This document shows, piece by piece, positions 15,576 through 26,800 of a DNA stretch of 64,000 bases. Under the pieces are notes generated by a model, which was given only the letters and a program-made list of their open reading frames with translations, was not told the DNA's origin and made no database searches. Position numbers and translations under genes: made by a program. This stretch comes from Dendrobates tinctorius. Taxonomy: Eukaryota. Each line of letters starts with the position of its first letter. The stretch's first letter is position 1. The stretch spans positions 33,852,001 to 33,916,000 of the forward strand of contig NW_027361788.1 of NCBI RefSeq assembly GCF_039654945.1. The letters are read 5' to 3'.

Positions 15576-17054
15576 ATGCCCAACCCTGCAAGGGCTCCTT
15601 ATCCTAGACCCACTGTTACTCACTACGTCTGCGCGCGCTGTAAAAAGAAGTGGGCGTCAGGTCAGTCGTCTCCCTTCTGCCCGTCCTGCAGGCCTTTCAC
15701 TATGTCTGCCCCACTGGACCACCCAGAGTCCCGGGATGAGAGCACTCCCCCCTCCCCCAGAGTGGGCCGTTGCAATGTCTGTTGGTCTCTGACCTGCCTA
15801 AAGTTTCTCAGTCCCTGGTCCAGGTCTTAGAATGATTACCTCAGCTATCTACAGCTACCTGTGCGCTGACCGCCTCTCACGGTGAGTCGCCTGCACCTGA
15901 CCGTGACCTCCAGAGGGACAGACCGGGTTGGAGTTCTAGGAAACGGGCTCTGTCTGGCTCTTCTTCCAGCTCGCAAGGTCCTTCCGCTCTGCCCAGGCGA
16001 CTTTCCTCGTCTCCTTCCTCAGAAGACGACTTTAGGTCAGACTATGATTCCCAGTCGGGATCTGACTCAGAGGCAGACATGTCTAAAACACAGGACATGG
16101 TAAATAGTCTCATATCGGCTATTTCTCAAACGCTCAAAATAAAGGAAGACAAGGCGCCCCTCCAGGACTGCTCTGTCCCCTTTAAACGAGCGAAACCTCC
16201 CTCCCAAACCTTTCCTAATCACAAGGAGTTCGAGACTACTTTAACCAAACACTGGGAACACCCGGAGAAGCGTTTCTCAGGCCGCAGGTACTTAGGCGTC
16301 CTATATCCCTTTTGATGCGGATCTTCTCACTTCATGGACAAAAGCTCCTGAGGTGGATCCACCAGTTTCCCGTCTTTCCTCTAAGACGGTTCTATCCCTT
16401 CCGGACGGGGCATCTCTTAAAGATCCAACAGACAGGCAAATAGAATCACTGGCTAAATCAATTTTTGAGTCATCCGGCGCATCTCTCTGCCCTATTTTCG
16501 CCTCCTCCTGGGTGGCAAAAGTCCTTTCAGCTTGGGCAAAAATTCTTTGCAAAGGCATCTTGGCGTCGGCTCCTCAGGACGAGTTGGCAGATTTAGCAGA
16601 CCAAATTAATCATGCGGGTAAATACCTCTTGGCCGCCTCCTTAGCTCTTGCTGCGCACCCCGCCGCATCCAACAGCAACATAGTAGCCATACACCGTATC
16701 CTTTGGTTGAAGGCATGGAGTGCAGACACTACTAAAAAGTCACTCACCAGCCTGGCATTTCACGGTTCTAGGCTCTTTGGCGCCAAGCTGGATCAGATAA
16801 TTTCTGATGCCACTGGAGGTAAAAGTACCTCCCTTCCCCAGTCTCGGCCTAAACGGTTCTTCAACAGAAAAGCTTCTCGGCCGTTTAGGTCCTTTCGCCC
16901 CTTCTCTTCCGCGGAAGGGTTATCTCAGCAGGACCGGCCCTCTACCCCCAGTGAATGGAGAAAACCATCGTATAAGCCCGCTCCCCGCTGGAAATCAAGA
17001 GGCCAACCCTCCAGGTTGTCAGGCTCCCGCTCCGGTATATTTTCCTCTAAGTGA
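15576..17054 (+). pseudogene. DIRS copy B gag, frameshifted
   Basis: Fragments 15576.. (CARCKKK..CPSC), 16079.. and 16353..17054 (DPPVSRL..LFGAKLDQIISDATGGKSTSLPQ) are collinear with copy A gag. Confidence 0.88.
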
Positions 17055-19690
17055 CGGGTCACCCCCACCTGGAAGTTCTTCCAGGGTGGGAGGCAGACTT
17101 TCTTCTTTCATGGACGCATGGCTGTCTGTTGTCACCACATGAGGATCCTCCACTTCAAGATAGAGTCCCTGCGCTCGGTGATAGCCTCGATGGAACCCGG
17201 AGAGTTCCTCTGCTCTGTGGACATACAGTATGCCTATCTTCACATCCCTGTTTATCTGCAACATCAGAGATATCTTCGTTTTGCAATTCAGGAAAATCAC
17301 TATTAGTTCACGGACCTTCCCTTCGGCCCTTCCCCCGTGTCTTTACGAAGGTGATGGCAACGGTCATGGCCATTCTTCGCTCCAGGGGGATTCTCATTAT
17401 CCCTTATCTGGACGATCTGTTGATCAAGGGCTCGTCCCGCCAAGACTGTCTTCAAAGTCTTCAGCTATCTCTGGATACTCTTGCACGTCTCGGTTGGATG
17501 GTCAACAAAGAGAAGTCCATCCTGCACCCTACTCAGCGTCTGACTTTCTTGGGCATGGAATTCGACACAAATCTAGCCCGTGTGTTTCTTCCGAGGGACA
17601 AATTTTCAGCCCTTTGCAAGGGAATCCGACCCCTAAAACGACCAAGGCCCATTCCCCTTCGGTCCTGCATGAGGGTCCTGGAGAAGATGATAGCTTCCAT
17701 GGAAGCAGTGCCTTTCGTGCAATTTCACACTCGTCCTCTCCAGCTGTCCCTACTTTCAGCCTGGGACAAGACCTCTGTTTCTCTGGACCGCCCCATAATC
17801 CTTCCTCTCAGAGTACGGCAATCCCTGACTTGGTGGACAATTCCGGCGTCAGTTCTACAGGGGAGGTCCTTTCTCCCACTTCAGTGGCAAGTCATCACCA
17901 CCGATGCCAGTCTTCTAGGATGGGGGGCGGTTTTCAACCAGAAAACAGCTCAAGGGCGCTGGAACGCCCAGGAGACTTCTTCCCATCAACCTTCTGGAAA
18001 TCAGAGCGATCTTCCTTGCCCTCAGCTGGCAGCCTCTCCTCGCAGGCAAACCAGTCCGCATTCAATCAGACAACGCCACGGCCGTGGCGTACATAAACCA
18101 CCAGGGCAGTACTCGCAGCAGGCAGGTAATGGCAGAAGTGGCAAAGATACTGCGTTGGGCAGAGCGTTATGTTCCGGCGATCTCCGCCGTTCACATTCCA
18201 GGGGTGGAAAATTGGGCAGCCGACTTCCTAAGTCGCCAGGGCCTAGCGTAAGGCAAATGGTCCCTTCACCCCACAATCTTCAGTCAGATATGCCAGCGTT
18301 GGGGCACCCCAGACATCGATCTCATGGCATCTCTGATGAACCACAAAGTTCCTCACTTCATAGCCAGGTCCAGGGACCCTCTAGCTGTCTGTTGCGACGC
18401 CCTGGTAATTCCGTGGTCCCAGTTCCAACTTCCTTACCTGTTTCCTCCTCTTGCCTTGATCCCAAGGGTGGTCAAGAAAATAAAATCAGAAGGCATCCCA
18501 GTACTTCTCGTGGCCCCAGACTGGCCAAGACGACCTTGGTATGCGGAGCTGGTGAACATGCTCGTGGACGTTCCCTGGAGGCTTCCAGACCGTCCAGATC
18601 TTCTCACAAGGCCCCCTTTACCACCAGAATTCTCAGTCTCTGAGTTTAATGGCATGGCCGTTGAGGCCGCAATTCTGAGAGAATCAGGTTTTTCCAACCA
18701 GGTCATTCAGACCATGATCAGAGCTAGAAAGCCAGCTTCCTCCGGCATTTACCATAGGTACTGGAAGGCTTTTTTCCGTTGGTGCGACGATAATGTTTTT
18801 CCATTGTCGTTCTCCATTCCATCCATACTTGGCTTCCTCCATTCCGGCCTTGATGTGGGCCTGTCCCTCAGTACCCTCAAAGGCCAGGTCTCGGCTCTGT
18901 TGATTCTTTTCCAGAGGGATCTGGCCCCCTTACCGCAAGTTAAGACCTTTCTCCAGGGAGTCGCCCACGTGGCTCCTCATCATTCTCCGATAGATCCGTG
19001 GGACCTTAATCTCGTTCTCGGCTCTCCAAAACACGCTGTTCGAGCCTATCCAGGACATTCCTCTTTCCCTTCTCTCATGGAAGGTAACTTTCCTGATCGC
19101 CATTGCATCCATTAGGAGAGTTTCGGAGCTGGCGGCTTTATCCTGTCGTTCCCCGTACCTAATCCTCCATCAGGATAAGGTCGTTCTCAGGCCCGTCCCC
19201 TCCTTCCTTCCCAAAGTGGTATCCTCTTTCCACATTAATGAGGATATCGTCCTTCCCTCTTTTTGCCCTGCGCCTGTTCACCCTCTGGAAAAGTCACTCC
19301 ACAAACTGGATGTGGTGAGAGCCTTGCGTGTCTATCTTGCCAGGACCGCTTCTCTTCGTCAATCCGATTCCCTGCTTGTCATCTCTGAAGGTCGACGGAA
19401 AGGGCTTCCGGCATCCAAATCTACAATTGCTCGCTGGATTCGTTCTACCATACTGGAAGCTTACCGCCTCCAGGAGAAACTGCCCCCTTCCGGAGAGCCC
19501 ACTCCACCCGGGCAGTAGGGGCTTCTTGGGCTGTTCGACACCAGGCTTCGGCTTTACAACTTTGCAAGGCCGCGACCTGGTCGTCTTTGCACACGTTTGC
19601 GAGGTTCTACAAGGTTCATACCCAGGCCTCGTCTGATGCAGGTTTCGGTAGGAAGGTTCTGCAGGCGGCGGTAGCACACTGGCCGACCTA
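17050..19690 (+). pseudogene. DIRS copy B pol (RT, RNase H, MT) and tyrosine recombinase, disrupted
   Basis: Motifs VGGRL, PYLDDLLI, TTDASLLGWG, LVAPDWPRR, MIRARKPAS, LKGQVSAL, IRRVSELAAL and HSTRAVGASW occur across several frames. Confidence 0.9.
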
Positions 19691-20889
19691 AGCCTTTCCT
19701 TCTCGTTCCTTTATTGCTGTTCCTACCCTCGGGACTGCTGTGGAACGTCCCATGGTAATCTGTGTCCCCCAATGAAGCGATAAAGAGGGATTTTTGGGTT
19801 CTTACCGTAAAATCTCTTTCTTGGAGCCTTCATTGGGGGACACAGCACCCTCCCTGTTTAAGTTGTACCGTGTTGGGTCTTCGAGTCCCTTGTTGGGTTG
19901 GTACATATTTTAAGAGTTTTTGTTGCTTCTCCTACTGCTTTTTCACTAACTGAGGTACTTAGTGCCTGTTGGTAGGTGTATACTGCCGGGGAGGAGCTAA
20001 TTTTCCTTTTTTGCATAGTGTCAGCCTCCTAGCAGCAGCATACACCCATGGTACTCTGTGTCCCCCAATGAAGGCTCCAAGAAAGAGATTTTACGGTAAG
20101 AACCCAAAAATCCCTCTGTTTGGCCCATTAGAGAATCTACTAATGGCCTCAATCTGAACACTAATCCTGTACATCTAAATATCCATAGGACAATTATTGA
20201 AGTTGCCATGAGGCTGACGTCCCACATCCGACCTTCAGCGCCTGAGTACGGCTGAAACGCGACCGACTCATATGAGTCAGGAGACCCAGGACCTGTTTGT
20301 ACTCGGATGATGAATGTCGCATGGGTGAAGCCAGCTTATTGCATTACGCCTTCAGGGCTGCAGCTATCCTGCTTGGTGATGGTTTCTGGGTAGCATCAGA
20401 GTAAATGAAAAAAAAAAAAATTATAGATTTGCAAAAAAAATTATAAAAACACTATTGTCCTGAGTTTTAAAGCCCACCCAAGAATGAGATAAATATGGAG
20501 ATCATGGTCCCTGGGGCCAGGACACCCAATTAGTGAGAAGATCCCTTCATACAGTGCACAGCGACCTCTGTGTATTAATTCTTGCACCAACTTCTAACTG
20601 ATCAGATGTCTTCTTCCATTTTGTAACCATCATAGAATAATAAAATCTGGTGCTCAGATAAAGCCTGTACCTTGTTACACAAGATAGTATGTGATCAGGG
20701 TGCACAGTAATGGATGAAAACCGAAGTCTGAGCGCAGAAGACCTGGGTTTATACCTGGATTTCCAGAAATGTAAAAAAAAATATAAATTAGGAGAGGGTT
20801 TCTAATTTAGCCTTTTTAGTCAAATTTTGGTCCCTGCAATTTGTCCTTTCGTCGATGTCCTGTTATCCGTGGACTGTGCAGATCTAACT

Positions 20890-23800
20890 TCAGAGAGGGG
20901 TTCGAGGACGGATCGGGGAGCTGGATAAAGTAGCCTCCCCAAAAACATTGTTATATGAGGATTTCAGGAACTGGACATAGTTCTGCATGCTGCGGTTGGT
21001 GCTTTCGGACTGTTCCAGTCGGTCTTTTAGATCTTGTAAGCGACTCTGAAACCGTCTCTCAGCCTGGATGGGAGAAGAGGTATCAAATTGTGATCTTGTA
21101 AATAAGCCAGAAGCTCAAAAAGTAAAGCAAAAACCACTGCACACAGTAAACATCTATAGGAAGAAGGGGTACAGCTTGTACTCAGCACACAAACGGTCAC
21201 CTTCCAGTACTGTCTCCACTGCACCGGCCATACGGCGGCAGGGGGGGATAGGAAGAGGGAGGTGTCAGGATTACAAAAGGGTTAAATTAAATCTTTGTAT
21301 ATGGTCTTACTGAAACGGATTAAAGGGTTAAAAATGCCCAAATTCACATAATACGGCCCTGTAACTCACATATTCAGTAGCTGCAGGGCCTCCTACAAGT
21401 ACCCGTAATCCTTACCCACCAAAGTACAGGTGTCCCTTCTTATAAAGGCGCTATATGGAGGGACTGGAGCGGTGGTCGAGCGTGTGCACTAGGGTGACTG
21501 GATCTCAAATTGGGGGAAAAAATGTCAGAATCTTGTTCGTCTGGACCCCACAAAACGATTCCCCTTTCCAGATATTGAGAGAGCCAAAATTTGAGCTCGA
21601 TCAAACGACGTTAACCCGTGCCGCTCATCGCTCAAAGTTTGAAAAAATCCAAATTGAGGTGTTTTAAGATTTAGGTATTTCTCGTTCGCCTTATTGGGGG
21701 ACACAGAGACCTTGGGTGTATGCTGCTGCCACTAGGAGGCTGACACTATGCACAAAAAAAGGTTAGCTCCTCCTCCGCAGTGTACACCCCACCGACCGGC
21801 AGAGAATTCCTCAGTTTAGCTTAGTGTCAGTAGGAGGTGGACACGGGTCTTTTATTAGACCCATATCTACCTCGTCGTGCGTCGTTCCTTTTCAGGTTCT
21901 ACGGAGGGATACAGAGTGAAAAGTCACATCTGTACTCCCACATGGAGTCTGCAAGTACGGCGTGTACTGCCACCCCGTATCCTTGCAGTTCTCCGCGGCA
22001 GGACCAGCCAGACGGACGCCGACACCAAGACGTGCCAGCGACTCCAGGGGTCCTTGTCGCCAGTCTCCCTCCCACTCGCCTACCAGAGCCTGTCGGTTGG
22101 ATGAGACGCAAGACTTCTTCAGACAGGTAACGGATCGTGGATGGGTATTTTTTTTTTTTTTATTTTTATTTATTTACCTGGCTGCCCATTCCCGACGGTC
22201 GCCTCTTCAATGGTCACAGGGGAACCCCGGTTGTAGGCGCTGCGGTCGCTCGCAGTCGCCACAAGGCTATAGGCAGCTCAATGTTGCTGGGCATCCCCTC
22301 CTTCCCTCCCCCCTTTCTGGGGACAGGGAGCACAGGGTTTTTTCCCATTGGGAGCGGCTTGCGACTGCGGCGTCCCACTTTTTCGGACCTCCGCGCCGAC
22401 CCCCTGCTGACAGGCGGCCGCCGCAACTAATTTAGGCCCCGGCTTCAGTTCGGGCCTACCGCTGCGTCGCGGCCACGCCCCCCGCCCCTTTCTTCTAAGC
22501 GGGCTTCTCTCCCGCTCTTCCCAGGCCCTCCCACCGCCTGTCCTTCACCTGCCCAGCCTGTTATTGGCTAGAGGGCGGTGAATTATTAACCCTGCGTGGT
22601 GCTCCGCCCTCCCTCCTCTCCTGAACGCGCGCTTTTTCTCAGGAAGGCGCCATTTTCCCAGCCTGTTAGCCGGGCACCAGCTCCTCACTGGATAGCATCT
22701 TCTCCAGCTGGTTTTTTCAGGAGGTCTGTCGGCCGGATTTCGCTCTGACCTGCATCCACTGACAGGTCGCAGAGCATCGCTTCTGGGGACACCGGACCGT
22801 GAGTAGCTCTGCACTGCAGACTGACCCTTCTCCGCCCTCTGTCCCCCAACCTTCCGGCATTACCTCAGCTTTTCACTATGTCTAACTCTAAGTCTGATCG
22901 TACCCGCTCTACCGCCCCCCCCTGCACTTTAGTCAAGTACTTTGCATGTTCTTCGTGCAATCGCAAACTTCCCTCAGGCCAGTCCACTCCCCTCTGCCTG
23001 GATTGTAGCAATCCAATTCAGCCTGAGGCCGTCCAGGAGCCATCTGCGGCCCCAGGTGAGAGTGAGCCCCCCATGCCTGGCTGGGCCTCCTCGCTATCTC
23101 AATCAGTGGCAGACCTCACCAGGGTGTCTCAGTCCCTGGTGGCCGTTCTTGATAAGTTGTCCCTGGACTCTTCAGCAGGGCCAAGCAGGTCCCAAATTGT
23201 TCCATCTGAATCAGCCAGCGGTAGTCGCAAAAGACCCAGGCAAGATTCCCAGCCGGAATCCTCTCCTAGTCCCATCTCACCGCATAGCCCTTCTCACCAG
23301 CCTCCCTCTCGGGCCTCCTCCCGAGTCAGGGGAAGCGCTTTCGGAGAGGTCATCTGAGGGGATTTTAGAGCTGCATTCAGACCAGGATGCAAGCATGAAG
23401 GTCACAGTGCAGGACCTCATTGCTGCGATCCATCATACCTTCGATATTGCTGACTCCCCTGCGAAATCCTCAGATCAGGAGGTTTCGTTCAGACGGGCAG
23501 AAACTCCCTCCAGGGTTTTTCCTTTCCATTCCGAGTTTGGGAAAATTTTTACCAAGGAAAGAGAGGATCCGACCAGACGCTTTCAAAGAGGAAAACGTCT
23601 CGGCATACTCTACCCATTTGCTAAGGAGCTCACGGACAACTGGTCGGCCTCTCCCTCGGTCGATCCGCCCGTGTCCAGGCTATCCAATAACACGGTTCTC
23701 CCGCTTTCAGGCGTGGCGTCCCTAAAGGATTCTAATGACAGCATTATAGAATCCCTGGCGAAGTCTGCCTTTGAAGCGGCTTCAGCGGCGGTGTGTCCAA

Positions 23801-26800
23801 TTTTTGCTTCATCCTGGGCAGCAAAGGCCATAGCCACGTGGGCAGACGACCTTCGTCAGGGCATCTTAGATAAGGCGCAACCGGAGCATTTGGCCGATCT
23901 CGCCAATCAGATCTCCCATGCTGGGGACTATCTTCTCTCCGCTTCCTTGGATGCTGCATCCTGTGCAGTTCAGGCGTCAAGCAACGTTGTTGCAATTCGA
24001 CGTACAATTTGGCTAAAGGCATGGCAAGCTGACTTGTCTTCTAAAAAGTCCCTCACTAACCTGCCTTTTCAGGGGGTGCGCCTCTTTGGGTCCCAATTGG
24101 ACCAGATTATTAAGGACGCCACCGGAGGCACGAGTTCACTCCTCCCTCAGTCCAAGCCTCGCAGACCCCCACTAAGGTGTCAGTTTCGACCCTTTCGGAC
24201 TTTCCGCCGTTTCAATACGGCGGACAACTCCTCCAGCCAACAGAGACCGCAGGCTCGCCAGGAGAGAAAGAAAGAGTTTCCTTCAGACCCACTCCTTCCT
24301 GGCGACCCCACTCCTCCCAGGGCAGACCGTCCAGATCTAGATCTGGACGGTCTACTTCAGCATGACTATCATCGGGCACGCGAGGGGCCTTTCCAATTGG
24401 GAGGTCGACTTCTTTCCTTCAGGGACGTTTGGCTGGCCGCCGTGGAGGACGCCTGGGTCAGGGAGGTCGTATCCTCAGGATACAAGATAGAGTTCGTCTC
24501 TCTCCCACGGGATCGTTTCTTCGAATCCCGGCCTCCAAAGGATCCAGCCTTGATCCCGGGGTTCTCTACGGCTATCGCCGCTCTCCTCAGTTCCGGGGTG
24601 ATTGTGCCCGTTCCCGAATCGGAGCGCTTCACGGGGTTCTACTCGAACCTGTTTGTAGTGCCGAAAAAAGACGGCGCAGTTCGACCCATCTTGGATCTCA
24701 AGCTGCTCAACAAGAGGGTCCGCCTTCGCCACTTCCGCATGGAGTCGCTTCGCTCGGTCATCGCCTCCATGGAGGAGCAGGAATTCATGTGCTCAATAGA
24801 CATCCAAGATGCCTATTTACATGTTCCAATTTTCTCCGGACATCAGAAGTTCCTGCGCTTTGCGATTCGACAGCACCACTACCAGTTTGTCGCACTGCCC
24901 TTCGGTCTTGCCACCGCTCCCAGAGTCTTCACGAAGATCATGGCTGCGTTGATGGCTTTGTTGAGAGTCAGAGGCCTCGTTCTTTTCCCGTACCTAGACG
25001 ATATTCTGATCAAGGCTCCCTCATTCCAAAAGGCTCACCAAAGTTTGTCAATCGTCCTGGACACTCTTTCCAATTTCGGGTGGATCGTCAACAGGAAAAA
25101 GTCCTGTCTGGTTCCTACCCAACGCCTGGTCTTTCTAGGTCTTCTGTTCGACACTCGTCGGTCAAGGGTCTTTCTCCCACAAGAAAAGATTCTCTCTCTG
25201 CAGCAGGAAGTACGATCGCTGCAGACCTCGAGATTCCCATCCCTCCGTACAGCCATGAGGGTCCTGGGAAAGATGGTGGCGGCGATAGAGGCAGTTCCCT
25301 TTGCCCAATTTCACGCCAGGCCTCTCCAGCAAGCCATTCTGTCGAAGTGGAACAGGTCGCCTCGGTCCCTGGATCGCCCTGTCCATCTTTCTTACCGGAT
25401 CAAGCGGTCTCTCAACTGGGGGTTGTCGTCACCTCTCATTCTATCGGGTCGATCCTTCCTTCCCATTCACTGGCAGATAGTAACCACAGATGCCAGTCTC
25501 GGTTGGGGTGCTGTGTTCCGCAACCACACTGCCCAGGGTCGATGGTCGGATCGGGAATCAGCGCTGCCGATCAACGTTCTGGAGATTCGAGCGATCCATC
25601 TTGCTCTGGTCCACTGGGAAAGGCTCCTCAAGGGACTGCTGGTACGGATTCAGACAGACAACGCCACAGCGGTGGCATATGTCAACCGCCAAGGGGGAAC
25701 ACTGAGTGTCTCAGCCCTGGCGGAGGTGTCCAAGATTCTTCGTTGGGCGGAGATTTCCGTTCCGACAATTTCCGCGGTTCACATTCCCGGCGTAGACAAC
25801 TGGGCCGCCGATTTTCTCAGCCACGAGGGTCTCGCGGCGGGAGAATGGTCCCTACATCCGGAAGTGTTTCATCTGCTCTGCCTTCAGTGGGGAACCCCGG
25901 ATGTAGACCTCATGGCGTCTCGCCTCAACAGGAAAGTCCCACAATTCGTGTCCAGGTCTCGGGACCCTCTGGCAGTGGGCGCCGACGCCCTGGCCGTTCC
26001 TTGGTCCCAGTTCGAACTTCCCTACCTGTTCCCTCCTCTGCCTCTTCTTCCCAAGCTGTTGAAGAAGATCAAGGCAGAAGGACTTCCGGTCATTCTCATC
26101 GCCCCGAATTGGCCCAGAAGGTCTTGGTTCGAGGACATTGTCAACCTTCTCGCGGACGCCCCCTGGAAGCTTCCAGACAGAACAGATCTGCTGTCTCAGG
26201 GTCCGATTTGCCACCCCAATTCTCGGCCGCTCAATTTAACGGCGTGGCTGTTGAGACCGAGGTTCTGAAACGAGCAGGATTTTCCGACCACGTAATTCAG
26301 ACCATGATCCGAGCCAGAAAGCCATCATCTTCCAAGATTTACTACTGTACTTGGAAGGCCTATTCCACTTGGTGTGAGACCAATGACGTCGCGCCCATGT
26401 CCTTTTCGCTCCCTTCAGTCCTAGCGTTTCTTCAGGCAGGATTGGATGCGGGGCTTGCCCTCAGTTCCCTGAAGGGTCAAGTTTCGGCGCTGTCCATTCT
26501 GTTTCAGAAAACGTTGTCTTCCCTTCCTCAGGTTAAGACCTTTCTTCAGGGCGTGGCTCACACGGTCCCGCCGTACCGGGCGCCCGTGGATCCATGGGAT
26601 CTTAATCTGGTTCTTGAGGTTCTGCAAGGTCCGCCCTTTGAACCCCTCAGGGATATTTCCCTTTCTCTCCTTTCTTGGAAGGTAGCCTTTCTGGTGGCCA
26701 TCACCTCCGTCCGGCGCGTGTCAGAATTGGCAGCTCTTTCGTGCTCTTTCTGGTTCTCCACCAGGATAAGGTAGTTCTGCGGCCTCCGCCCTCGTTCCTT

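Larger units (their letters stand above)
14267..20121 (+). mobile_element. DIRS1-type retrotransposon, copy B, both ends present but decayed
   Basis: The left ITR (~14267-14407) is inverted to the right ITR (~19947-20075), and a right extension runs to ~20121. The internal complementary region (ICR, ~19748-19845) is complementary to both termini. Gag, RT, RNase H, MT and YR fragments carry stops, frameshifts and an ~0.27 kb deletion at ~17140. Confidence 0.95.

Noticed and set aside
24362-24490. ATGA stop-start reinitiation at the gag stop
   Set aside because: The overlapping ATG is in neither the pol nor the recombinase frame, it closes after ~42 codons, and copy B has GTGA.
22942-26268. 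Natural 1108-aa Gag-Pol fusion ORF
   Set aside because: It is created by an indel near 24270. The homologous gag C-terminus and its TGA are in another frame (ending 24365), as in copies A and B.
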